Shown: piece after piece, positions 12,590 through 22,830 of the stretch | Layout: each line of letters starts with the position of its first letter | Position numbering within the stretch: the stretch's first letter is position 1 | Made by a program: the position numbers and the translations under genes | The notes under the pieces: generated by a model | The model's database searches: none | What the model was told of the DNA's origin: nothing | Seen by the model: the letters and a program-made list of their open reading frames with translations, nothing else | Assembly: GCA_964234715.1 (NCBI GenBank) | Contig: OZ174275.1 | Reading direction: 5' to 3' (one strand) | DNA: 64,000 bases | Source of the DNA: Podarcis melisellensis | Taxonomy: Eukaryota

Positions 12590-12665
12590 CATAGGGCCAG
12601 ATACCTGAAAGACCACCTTTTACCACATGACTTACTCCAAATGCAGAGGTCATCTTCAGAAACCT
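12590..12665 (+). mobile_element. Old L2 fragment (first half of a split element)
   Basis: Translates YLKDHLLPHDLLQMQRSSSE, colinear with YLKERLHPHRSARTLRSSAE of the young L2. Confidence 0.6.
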
Positions 12666-12750
12666 ATTCTTTTTCCACTTTTTTTTTAATGCTTAGTTTA
12701 AACTTTTATAAAATGCAATTACCCCCCTGCCTTCCAGGGCAAAAACATTA

Positions 12751-13113
12751 AGGTAAAGGTAAAGGTACCCCTGCCCGTACGGGCCAGTCTTGACAGACTC
12801 TGGGGTTGTGCGCCCATCTCACTTAAGAGGCCAGGGGCCAGCGCTGTCCGAAGACACTTCCGGGTCACGTGGCCAGCGTGACATCGCTGCTCTGGCGAGC
12901 CAGAGCCGCACACGGAAACGCCGTTTACCTTCCCGCTGGTAAGCGGTCCCTATTTATCTACTTGCACCCGGAGGTGCTTTCGAACTGCTAGGTTGGCAGG
13001 CGCTGGGACCGAGCAGCGGGAGCGCACCCCGCCGCAGGGATTCGAACCGCCGACCTTTCGATCGGCAAGTCCTAGGCGCTGAGGCTTTAACCCACAGCGC
13101 CACCTGCGTCCTT
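12751..13113 (-). mobile_element. Sauria SINE (Squam1/POM-type), full length, young
   Basis: tRNA-like head GGACGCAGGTGGCGCTGTGGGTTAAA…GGTTCGAATCC on the minus strand, (ACCTTT)n tail, 12-bp TSD gcaaaaacatta (12739-12750, 13114-13125), CpGs retained. Confidence 0.95.
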
Positions 13114-13125
13114 GCAAAAACATTA

Positions 13126-13398
13126 GAAGAACATAAAAAAAGCCCCTGCAAAGGAAAGGCCCATCGAGTCATGCATTCTGTTCCCATAGTGGCCAATCCA
13201 ACGCCTATGGGAAGACCACAAGCAAAGTATGAGAGCCATAACACTCAGGATCCCCATCTACTGGTGTATAGAGGCAGGCCACCTCTGATACTGAAGGCAG
13301 CCATCATTACTAGTAGAAACTGATCTCCTCCTCCATGACATTGTCTAATCCTTTTTGAAAACTATCCAAGTTGGTGACTATTACTATTACTTGTGATG
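13126..13398 (-). mobile_element. CR1 LINE 3' fragment (degraded)
   Basis: gaacataaaaaaagccc…ggcccatcgagtc…gtggccaatcc…ttgtctaatcctttttgaaaactatccaagttggtg resembles the reverse complement of the lizard CR1 3' end. Confidence 0.65.
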
Positions 13399-13399
13399 G

Positions 13400-13520
13400 G
13401 TGAAGCAAGTGGTGACCAGGAATAGGGTATTCTCTGTTTTGGTACCCTCGTTATGGCATCCTCTCCAGGAAGACTTACCTGGAGCAAGGGATGTAGGAAG
13501 GCACCTATTTACACAGCAGT
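13400..13520 (+). mobile_element. Old L2 fragment (second half of the split element)
   Basis: Translates KQVVTRNRVFSVLVPSLWHPL, colinear with KLQGTRQRAFSVVAPALWNAL of the young L2. Confidence 0.6.
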
Positions 13521-14431
13521 TTGATTTCCACTAAATACTAAATAATTTCTCTCTGTTTACGTAATTATCTATGGAATTTATGTAAGTTAGGTGGAATCTA
13601 CAAACATATTTTTTATATTAAAAAAAAACGTTCTGCAAATGCTTTTTTAAAGCTTTTTTTTAAAAAAAACATTGCATTTTCCATAAGGCTCACCATCACC
13701 ATCTAATGTCACATTGTATATTGCACTTAAAACACACTTTTTGCTGCTCTATAGCTGAGTCCTTACAAATTTAACATAATGACACAGCACCATTCATTTC
13801 AATGGAAGGGCCATTCATTTCAGTGCAAAGGAAATGTAATTTAAAGGGGAAGGGGAGTCATCAATTTCTGTATCTTTGCAGACTGCGGGGAGAAAAACCG
13901 CATAGCTAATTCTGATCGGTATTTGCTTGATTGATTTCTGTTCCGGCTATCGGACGAATAAACGAACATCGGTGATCTCTGTTTTTGCTTCTATTTTTGT
14001 TAGAATTCTCTGACATCCCTACTTGGTGCAGAGTCTGATGCCCTTTGCTAGATGAGGACCCTTTTATTTGCCTTGGGCTTTTAGATGGACATTTGTTCAT
14101 TTCCCCCACGCCAGTCCCAAAAGATCCCCACTGCAGACCTATATGATACAGCCCAAAATGTTCAGTAGGTCTCTTCCACCCTCTAGAGAGCCTTTTTAGG
14201 AATGTGGGTCAGTGTAGGGTTTTATATATATAGAGAGAGGGGGGGGTCATGTTTGTTCTTGCTGGTTTTGGACATCTTTTAATGACTTTATTATTAATGT
14301 GTTTTTAACTTATGTAAGTCACTCTAAAAGTCTTTGTACTAAAGACTGGGGCGTGAAATATGTGCAGAACAAACAAAGAAATGAACTTATCTACCCTGGT
14401 AACCAGATCAACCTTCAATTAGGTTTGGGCA

Positions 14432-15080
14432 AGTCATAAACGACATCGTGCACGGGAGCTGGATAACTGCATCTCGACCAGGTAACAAAACCTATTAACA
14501 TTTAAATTGAGAATCCCAGGAGGGGCAAGCAGACTAGGCAGAATACATAACTCCTTATGTGTGACAAGCCGTTCGCTATGTATGGCAGACAGGATTAAAC
14601 AAAGGAAATGCAGCATATACACATACTGAATAGGGCTCATTGTCCAAAAGGAAATACAAACCTAGGTAAGCGTGCCTCGTACCCTTAGAACCTTGCAGGC
14701 ACACACACAGAGCCAGTCATCCCATGCAGGGCAAACCATAGCAAGCATAACTGGTATGCTTTTTTGCTCATCCTGGTTGTACCTCCTGAGCCCCCCCTAA
14801 ATATTCCCCTCAGTTTGGTGACAGAACTGTGCATGCCACATGATTACTCCTGGGACACTCCCCCCTTAGACTCTTCCATTGCTAATGTTGCCAGTCCAAT
14901 TGGGTTCTGTACGTGAAACTGGAGCAGCCTGGGCAAGGGTCTTAGGTGTTATCTCTGCATTTGCCTCAGGGAGATATACCCCAGGGCTGGCCCTGGTCAC
15001 AGGGTGAGATTGCTCTGCTCCTTAATTAATCACAATTGTTTTTTAATCTCAGCATACTCAAGTCAGTTTAAATCACAACA
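14432..15080. mobile_element. Putative solo LTR
   Basis: About 650-bp GC-richer block with termini agtcataa / tcacaaca, both compatible with a decayed TGTCGTGA inverted terminus. Flanks gggca/gtgcc (3/5). Confidence 0.4.
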
Positions 15081-15329
15081 GTGCCATGCCAAACATCCAT
15101 TTGTGTCCACGTGCAAGATAGCAATCTGGGCAAGATACTAAGTCACTTATCAAGCAGAGCCCAGCCCAGAATACAGCCCAGAATATTAGAAACTGTCCGC
15201 TGCCTGTTGGGTGAATCTGATAAACTAAGCCTGTTATCATCATCATCGTCATCATCATCGGTGTTGGTGTTTGTTATAATTTTTTACCTACCCTTCACCA
15301 TAAGGTCCCAGGACCTGTTACAACAGTAT

Positions 15330-15331
<2 letters not shown>

Positions 15332-15362
<31 letters not shown>
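15332..15362. repeat. (AC)n microsatellite
   Basis: Dinucleotide run. Confidence 0.95.
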
Positions 15363-15364
<2 letters not shown>

Positions 15365-15959
15365 TTAATAAATAAATAAATTGTGAAATCAGCTTTTTTT
15401 AAAAAAAACTGTACAATGCATCAATCTTTCACTTAAGTTGGTAGCTTGTAGACGGATACCATGCCTCACACTTTTTCTTCTACTCCTCTTCTATAGTAGC
15501 TCCAGTCACAAATGACATATAATATATATCTCTTTTTTTTGAGGGGGGAGGGAAAATAATATCACCATCCTTTGTTCATTAAGAAGCGAAAGTATCTCAC
15601 TAATTTATTGTTTAGCAAAAGCATTCAAAGATTAGAAATAAATCCTGTCACTCTACCCACACAGATCATCCAGCCTAACTTGCCGTAATTAGGAAATGCA
15701 AAACATATTGAAAGGGGGGGCAGGAAGGGGGGAAAAATAGGAGGGAGTCTGAACTTAGCAGGTTCCAAAGAACCTCAGTGGGTGATGTTGCTTCTTGAGT
15801 AATTACTACAATAACTCTTTGAAGTGAAGGGTGCAATTTTGTTTACTCCTTAACCAGTCTTGCTTGTATTACAGGTCAAGCATGTATGTCAAAAACTGTT
15901 GGCTTTAACCGCAGCTATTTCTGTTAACTTATCTGATTTGTTTACATGGCTAAACAGTT

Positions 15960-15963
<4 letters not shown>

Positions 15964-16023
<60 letters not shown>
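15964..16023. repeat. (CT)30 microsatellite
   Basis: Perfect polypyrimidine dinucleotide run. Confidence 0.98.
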
Positions 16024-16026
<3 letters not shown>

Positions 16027-17424
16027 GCAAGAAAAGAATTCCACTGCATTGGTTAGGAGAAGCAGCACAGGCTGACAATGGTAACCTAGTTCTTTATTTA
16101 TTGCTCCCAGCAGGTGTCAGATGCTGTGGTTTCTTTACAACCATCAACACCCTGGGGCTTTTTAGTTCCACATACAAGATAAGGAAGATGGGGGATGGCA
16201 ACTAACCTCCAAGGATTAGGTACCTGAATCCTATCCCAACTGCTAGCAGACTCCAGCTGTGTCTAAATGTGTTTTTGTGCTTTTTTTGTTTTTTTGAGGG
16301 GGGGAAGGAGAATTTCTGATGTTCAGTGGTTGCTGATTACTTCCAGATTTTAGTTCTACCCCAGTGGAGATTGGCTACAAAGAGTTTTAGCTGTTGTTAA
16401 AAACTGCAATTGCGCCAAGGAAATGTCTTCTTTACAACCAGTTTCAAAAACACGAACTGTTAAAGCAGTGTTTTAAGGAAAGGTGTGGGGCGACAAGGAG
16501 AGAGAGAGAGCGAGAGATCTGCAGATGTCTCAGGAAACCCGTTCAAAACAGTGTAGCAAGGCAGAGTTAAATGTGGACAAGCCATACTTATTGTGCGTTC
16601 GTTCTTTTACCATGGTGGGTTCCAATCAAACTTCCAGCTGCAAATTAATTGACGGTTACCAAGGCTGATTTTAAATATATTTGGATGCTTTCATAAAAGC
16701 AACTCTATGTCTACCTCAGCTCCTTTAGATGCGGAAGAAGTTTGTTATAATAAAATTGGATGCTAGAGCAAAAAGTCCCCTTCTGCTTCTCTGTTAATAC
16801 ATAGAGCTCTGTCTTTAATGCATATAGATTTAAGCCATTCATAAATAATATTGTTAGTTCACTGTAGATGAAGGCATCATTTGACCTGTGGAAAAGGAGG
16901 AGGCAAGTTACAAATGAAAGCTAGAGACTTACACTTAAAAAACAAAACAAAAACAACTCACTCTGGGCTTGGTGTAAGGTAATTATATATACAATACAGT
17001 ATACAATATAACCTAACATTATATATATTATGCAACATATAAAGAGTTAAAGGTAATCCACTGTCAAAGTTAAAAGCTCAGCTTTAGGTTTAGTTTCAAA
17101 ATAAGTTAAAATCTACTTCGATTTTTAGAACTTCAACAGGAAATCAAGTTCTTGCATTCTCTGAAGGACTTCAACTGCTCCTGTTCTCACCTTAATCCCC
17201 ACTTGATCACCACCCATTGCCTGCTCCCCTGACAAAAACAAAACACCTGTTCCCCCAAACAGTAGGACTGTGCACAGCCACCTGATCCACCTTCTCTGAC
17301 TTGGGGAGCACCCACTCTGGATCCATCCCCCAAGCAATGGTGGAAAGGGGCTGCTAAGCTTTTTTAAAAAAACAACAACAACACACTTTTTAAACATATA
17401 GTTAAAATAGGGTTTAAAAATACA

Positions 17425-17516
17425 GTCGGGAGTTCTCAAAGATGAAATTGCGGATGTAACAAAAATATGTAACTTGTCCTTCAGATCAGCCTCCATACCT
17501 GAAAACTAGCAAGTGA
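17425..17516 (+). mobile_element. CR1 ORF2 internal fragment (just upstream of the RT core)
   Basis: Translates VLKDEIADVTKICNLSFRSASIPEN*QV, matching the CR1 motif VLKEL..EIA..L..I.N.SL.S..VPEDWK.A. Confidence 0.7.
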
Positions 17517-17599
17517 TCGGCAGAGGTGGCAGTATATTATAGTACCCTTCACCTTCTACCCTTGGGGGATGCGAGAAGGTAACGTGCTTCCGTGTGCTC

Positions 17600-18140
17600 C
17601 ATGTTTACATTTTATCTGCTCCTTGTAGCCGCTGCATCAGCTTTTGCGCCGGGATTCCACTGTAGTGTGTACCCATAACAGGGGAAGGGTATACCACAAC
17701 AGAAGCCACGTGTGACCAAGGAATAATCAGACCTTTTAACATATATGGTACACATTTCCCCCACTGGCTTTAATTAATTCAATGCGTTTAGATAAGTTAG
17801 ACAGCCGCTATCAGTCATCATACAATCACAAATTATTACATGTGCTTTGATAACCGCGAGGAAGCTATTATGTTTTTTTTCTGTATCAGGTTGTTGATCG
17901 ACAGCTATCCAGATGCTTTTAGCTGATAACAATCAGCCAAGAGCTGCCGCTGATTATAACGAACTGTGAAAAATGTGGCTAATCTGTGTTGGTTTGGGGA
18001 TGTCTGGAAATACAGTCTTTTGATCCTTTTTGTGCTTTCCCGGCTGTGGGCAAAGTTGGCCGACATCACTGAATATAGTGTAGTGACCAGCCTGCGCTAG
18101 CAAGTATGCGTGTTTATAATCTGAAATGTGCTATCAGTGC
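17600..18140. promoter_or_regulatory. Candidate enhancer with GATA-site cluster
   Basis: Six WGATAR sites (17612, 17790, 17808, 17848, 17924, 18131), FOX TGTTTAC at 17602, E-box CACGTG at about 17707, unusually CpG-retaining unique sequence. Confidence 0.4.
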
Positions 18141-18155
18141 CTTGAGGGCATAGCA

Positions 18156-18279
18156 CAGGGGTGGGAACCTTGTGGCCTTCCAGATATTATTGAATTCCCA
18201 CTCTCATCAGCCCCTGGTCAGGGATAATGGAAGCTGCAGTCCAGCAGCACCTCAAGGGGCGCAGGGCTCCTACTTTTTG
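18156..18279. mobile_element. Short hAT MITE (CAGGGGTGGG family)
   Basis: caggggtgggaacc…ccagat…cccactctcatcagcc…ggtcagggataatggaagctgcagtcc; same family as 20176, 38840 and 42397. Confidence 0.7.
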
Positions 18280-19039
18280 CATAGGGGAAGCAAAAACAGC
18301 AGCACAGTAGCAGTAGCAGCTGCCTACAACATAAGCACAGGAATTCCATGGGGCAAAGTGAAACCTCTGACATCAGTAAACTCAGTGCCTTCCATTTCTG
18401 GCACCTTTGTCTGTCTCTGCAATCATCACCAGCTGCTCGCTCACACACTCCCATAATTCACAAATTTGGCATTGTGTTCTCCATCAGGATACTGGACTGT
18501 TGCGTCCTGAATATAGGCCGCTAAGCTTGTATGGTTTGGGAACAAATGAGATGCTGCACCCACCTATTTGATCCCACTGGAAACACTATTTCCTGGAGGG
18601 AAAGCTAGGACTAGACAAACGTCAAAGGAGCATTGCTTACCCCTTTGCATGCATGCCAAAGCCCCTCTCTACATTACCTCCACAGGCCCATAGCACATGG
18701 CATGGAGGGGCTGTGCTATATACCTGTTCTCCATCTGGCTGAGCTGCTGCTGCATTCAGAGATGGAGACAGGGACAGGCAAGGAGGTGGCAAGGTCAGTG
18801 CGGTGCAAATGTGCCAACAGGGGCACCAGATAGCTTCACTAGTGTGTTTGCACCACGCCAGCCTTACTGCTGCCTCTCCCCCTACCCCTACATCCTAGTA
18901 TGCAGCAGCAACTCTGCCAGAGACAGCTTCCACCATGCTGCCCACTACTGCCCTGTTCAATGTTTCTGCCCCTTGCTGTGTTCCAGGTGTGGGAAAACAC
19001 ACATTTAGAACTCTGAAGAAGGAGCAAGACAGAAAAAAT

Positions 19040-19190
19040 CATGGGCATAGCCAGGATTTTTGTTGGGGGGGGCAGGACTTTGTTGGGGGGGGCAGAACCG
19101 CCCTGATTGGTCAGTTAGTTAAGTATTTCTATTGTTTTTCTTGATCTAGGGGGTGCAGCTGCTTCCCTTCCCCCTTTGGCTACTCCCGTG
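19040..19190. mobile_element. hAT-like MITE
   Basis: TIRs catgggcatagcca / tggctactcccgtg and an internal duplicated caggatttttgttggggggggg motif. Confidence 0.65.
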
Positions 19191-20057
19191 TAAAGAACCC
19201 TTCACTTTCTGCATGTAACAGCATCTGCGTGTAGTATCAAGTCTCATCCTCTAGTCATAGGTTTCCATGTGGCACTCAGATTGTTTTGTATGCTGTTCTC
19301 TAACAGAGAGGAGTGAGATGGGTTGCGCTTTGCTATCTTCAAACAGACAGCATTAAGTGGTCCGGAGAATTTAATTTTAACCAAACCAACAGCAATCTTC
19401 ATAAACAATCTCACAAGTGGAAAAGAGAGGGAGAGAGAAAGAGAAAAGCATTGTGTTTGCTAGCTAAATCCATCCATGGAACATAACAAGAGGTTATGCC
19501 ACCGCCTCAAATGATCAAAGGAGCTATTTTATTTGATTACAGTGGAAAGTTGCCACAAGAGCCAAAGTCAGAGAACATTATCATCTCAGCATAATTATTC
19601 ATTAATGATTTACTTTAAATTCATTCTCTCTCTGAAAAAGGAATTGATTAGAAATTGGATTTAAAAAAAGAAGTGGAATGATTAGATGTCTCTAGCTGTG
19701 AAGAGGCAGGCAAGGGGCATCTCCGACATCAGGACATACCACAGCCTGCCTTGACTGCGGGAGCAGCGAGGGGGGGATTATTTCGTTCCACTGCAACATA
19801 TCACAAGTGGCTGTAGCTACTTTTACAAACGCAACCTTGTCATTGCGATTTGTCGCACTTTTGGTGAGCATTTTAGCACACTGAAGTTTCCTCTCCTCTG
19901 TCTTGTAACCAATAGCCATAAAATGCATGGTGCAGTAATGAAAAAGGCAAGATCACAACACGGGATATAATAACACCACTATGGCTATACAATATAAATT
20001 CAGATTGCATAGTGAATGCAGCTGCTGACACTGCATTCAAAGTCTGTGCATCTATGG

Positions 20058-20372
20058 GAGGGGGGAGTTCATAGCTCAGTGGCAAAGCAGGCATAGGATC
20101 ACAGATTCATTTCTGCCATCTCCCGTAGCAGAACAAGGACATAAGCTCAGAGAGCTGCTTCTAGTCAGAGTAGGCCAACCTTCACCCAATATGGTGCCCT
20201 CAAAAAAAAATTGGACGCCACCCCTCATCAGCCTTGGCTACTATGGCCAATTGTCAGGATTAATAAGGGTTGTAGTCCAAAACCTATGAAGGATGCCAGG
20301 TTGGAGAAAGTCTGAGTAGACAATGCTGAGCTAGACAGACCAAAGCTCTGACTCCATGGAAGACAACGTCTT
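20058..20372 (+). mobile_element. Squam3-like SINE interrupted by a hAT MITE (20176-20314)
   Basis: SINE head catagctcagtggcaaagc and tail gtagacaatgctgagctagac are separated by the MITE caaccttcacccaa…ggttggagaaagtctg, flanked by agtaggc/agtagac. Confidence 0.65.
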
Positions 20373-21146
20373 ACAACTGTATCCAAATATCAGCACTATA
20401 CTATGGGTGCTGCTGCAGATTTCCTGCAAACTCCATGCACAATTCTAAATAAGACCTGAACAGCACAATCAGATGTACTTCCTCAGAAGTAAGTCCCACT
20501 GAGCTCAATGGAACTTACTCAAAGATATGTGTGTGTACAGAATTTCAGCTTAAGGCTACTATCCGATTTACCAGTGCTTTTAAAAGCAACACACCTGATG
20601 CAGCTGTGTCATTTGAGAAAACCAACAAGATGTGTGAACTCTTGGTAGCCCTTGATGTCCTGATTATTAATGATGTGAGACAGCTCCTGTTCTTCACTCG
20701 TCCTGAAAACATGTTGTCAGTCAGAACCCATGAAACCTTTTCCACAGCAATGAAAAAGAAGGCACAAGAGGTCATCAGCTTGCTGAAGTTGAGCAGGTGT
20801 GGTTTCTGGTCAGTGCCTGGATAGGTGACTGACTGGAAACCATATATATGCATCCTTGGGTTCCATGTTGGAAGAATCTTAACAGTATCACAAAAACTTT
20901 ATTAGGATCAACTAAAAGTCACAAAACAGCCAGTTAGTTCTTGAGTGTCAAAGGACTACTGCTGAACTGAATAAAGTGGACCAGTGATTGGTGGTGTTTT
21001 CATGGGTGAATCCTTTCCTTTAACAAGTGAGGGCTGCTTTGCCACCTATTGAAGCAAGGGTTTGGTTGTACTTACCTAGGAGTATGTCCCTCCAACTACA
21101 AGGGGGCTTCTTTCTGAGTAAACATGCCTAGGATTGCACTGTGAAT

Positions 21147-21546
21147 TGTGGTGTCCTAAGGTGGCATGGGCCAGGAGTCAGCTTCACCTGCTGAACAGCA
21201 GCCTGAAGGGGGAGAAGGCAGAGTGACTCCACCTGCAGCTGATCAGCCATCAAGGACACAGAGGAGAAGGTGCTGATGAGAACCAGCTGGCTTCAGCCTT
21301 CTGAAGCAGAGCTTCCAGCAGTAGTCAGAGGCTGTTAAAAATGCTTGCAGTTTCTGGCCCTGCCTTGCTGCCTTCTGCTTGTCTTGAACTAATGATCATC
21401 AGATTCCTTGACCCTTGGGCTGCCTGACCCCACAGATTGCTGTTCACCCGACCCTAGGACTGGACCTGACTGCCTCCAGGTAAGTACACCTCAGAAACTC
21501 TTCTGGTTTGCTGGCCTCCCACTCCACTGAGCTTCAGACTACAACA
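21147..21546 (+). mobile_element. Putative solo LTR (Gypsy-like)
   Basis: About 400-bp GC-rich block starting TGTGGTG and ending ACAACA (imperfect inverted termini), with a TATA-like ttaaaaa and splice donor CAGGTAAGT. No clear TSD. Confidence 0.35.
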
Positions 21547-22624
21547 CAAAGGTGATTTGTCTACCGCCTATTTTGTGTGCTTTCAAGCAGGAGTTTAAGA
21601 CTGATCCTTTATTATGGTCCATATTTCTAAACTAGAGTCCTTAGATTATGTGCCTTTTGTTGATGTTGCTGGTGTATTGCATTGTGATTTTTTTTGCTGC
21701 TGGATTTCTTTGTTGTTTTAAGAATGGCTTTTTAGCTTGTTTTATTGCTATTGTTGTTATTTTATTCTGCATGCCGCCTTGGGTATGCATTTGGCATAGA
21801 AAGATGGGATATAAATGCAGACACGCATGTGTGCATATGTACATAAGTCCAATTCGTCATTTTGAAGAACTACGAAGAGTTGTACTGATGGTTATTTGTT
21901 CTTTGTCTTTTTCTAACGTTTATGTACGTATGGACATCCATACATTTTTAATTTTTATATTGGAGGGGTTAATTGGAGGTTGCAATTCACATCTCATGAT
22001 GCAATATATGGTGGAAAGCAAAGTCTCTCTCTAAGTGAGAGCACAGATGGCTGGTTATTTAATGCTGCTCCAAGCATCTTTTTGACTGCTAAAACAGAAC
22101 CAGTGTTTTACTGCATGTATTTTGAATGAGGAAAAAGAGAGCTTTAAAAAATGTTTCTGGCAATGGAGGGAAGCAACGGAAGGTGAAAAGAGGGCAGAGA
22201 ACTGTCACCATCACAGCACCTGAGACCAGGGAATATGTGTTAAGTGAGGATAGTGGATTGAAAAAATATGAGACTGTAAGACAGATAACAAAGACTTGCT
22301 GCTTTTGTTACTTGGGGTTGTTTTTTTCTTAAATAGCTTGTGTTGCTTGTCAAATCTTCTGATGACACAACCTGCTTTTAAAGTTTACTTTTCATTAGTG
22401 AGAAAGGATGAGGGAGAAACCCTGATATATCTATGCATGATGAAAGGAACAGGGCAAGTCTTGGGCTCAGACTTGGGGGAGTGGGTTATTCTCTCCATGT
22501 TCCTTTTTCCTCCCAGATCTTCATACTGAATAGGGAGTCTTCGCCATATTTTTCTAAACCTCCTTCCCTCCCCTTCCTATCTGGCCTCCTCGCTGCCACA
22601 CCAATATAGAATACTCTTTACACA

Positions 22625-22830
22625 TTTGTAAGAACTTGATCATTTTGTGTGGCAGAGCCTACACATTGGAACTCCCTGCCTATTGATATCAAGCAGGCAT
22701 CTTCACTGTATTCCTTTTGGCACCTGATAAAAAACATTCTTGTATAGTCAAGCCTGCCCAGATGCCTGGAAAAGCTGTTGTGAATTTTAAACTGTTTTAT
22801 TATTTTAACTTCTTGTATGTTTAAATGTAT
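22625..22830 (+). mobile_element. Old L2 3' fragment
   Basis: ttttgtgtggcagagcctacacattggaactccctgcctattgatatcaag encodes the F.VA.P..WNSLP..I motif and is followed by an AT-rich tail. Confidence 0.6.

Noticed and set aside
13030-13113. tRNA gene-like A and B boxes
   Set aside because: These are SINE heads, not cloverleaf tRNA genes.
13882-14481. Two phase-compatible mini-exons (13882-13918 and 14423-14481) that would splice to DCGEKNRIANSDRFGQVINDIVHGSWITASRP
   Set aside because: The peptide is unrecognised, the first donor and second acceptor are weak, the first piece seems to lie in a catccct-terminated MITE-like segment, and the second crosses the edge of a putative solo LTR.
17517-17535. 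CTCF-like aggtggcagta
   Set aside because: Only the 3' half of the motif matches.
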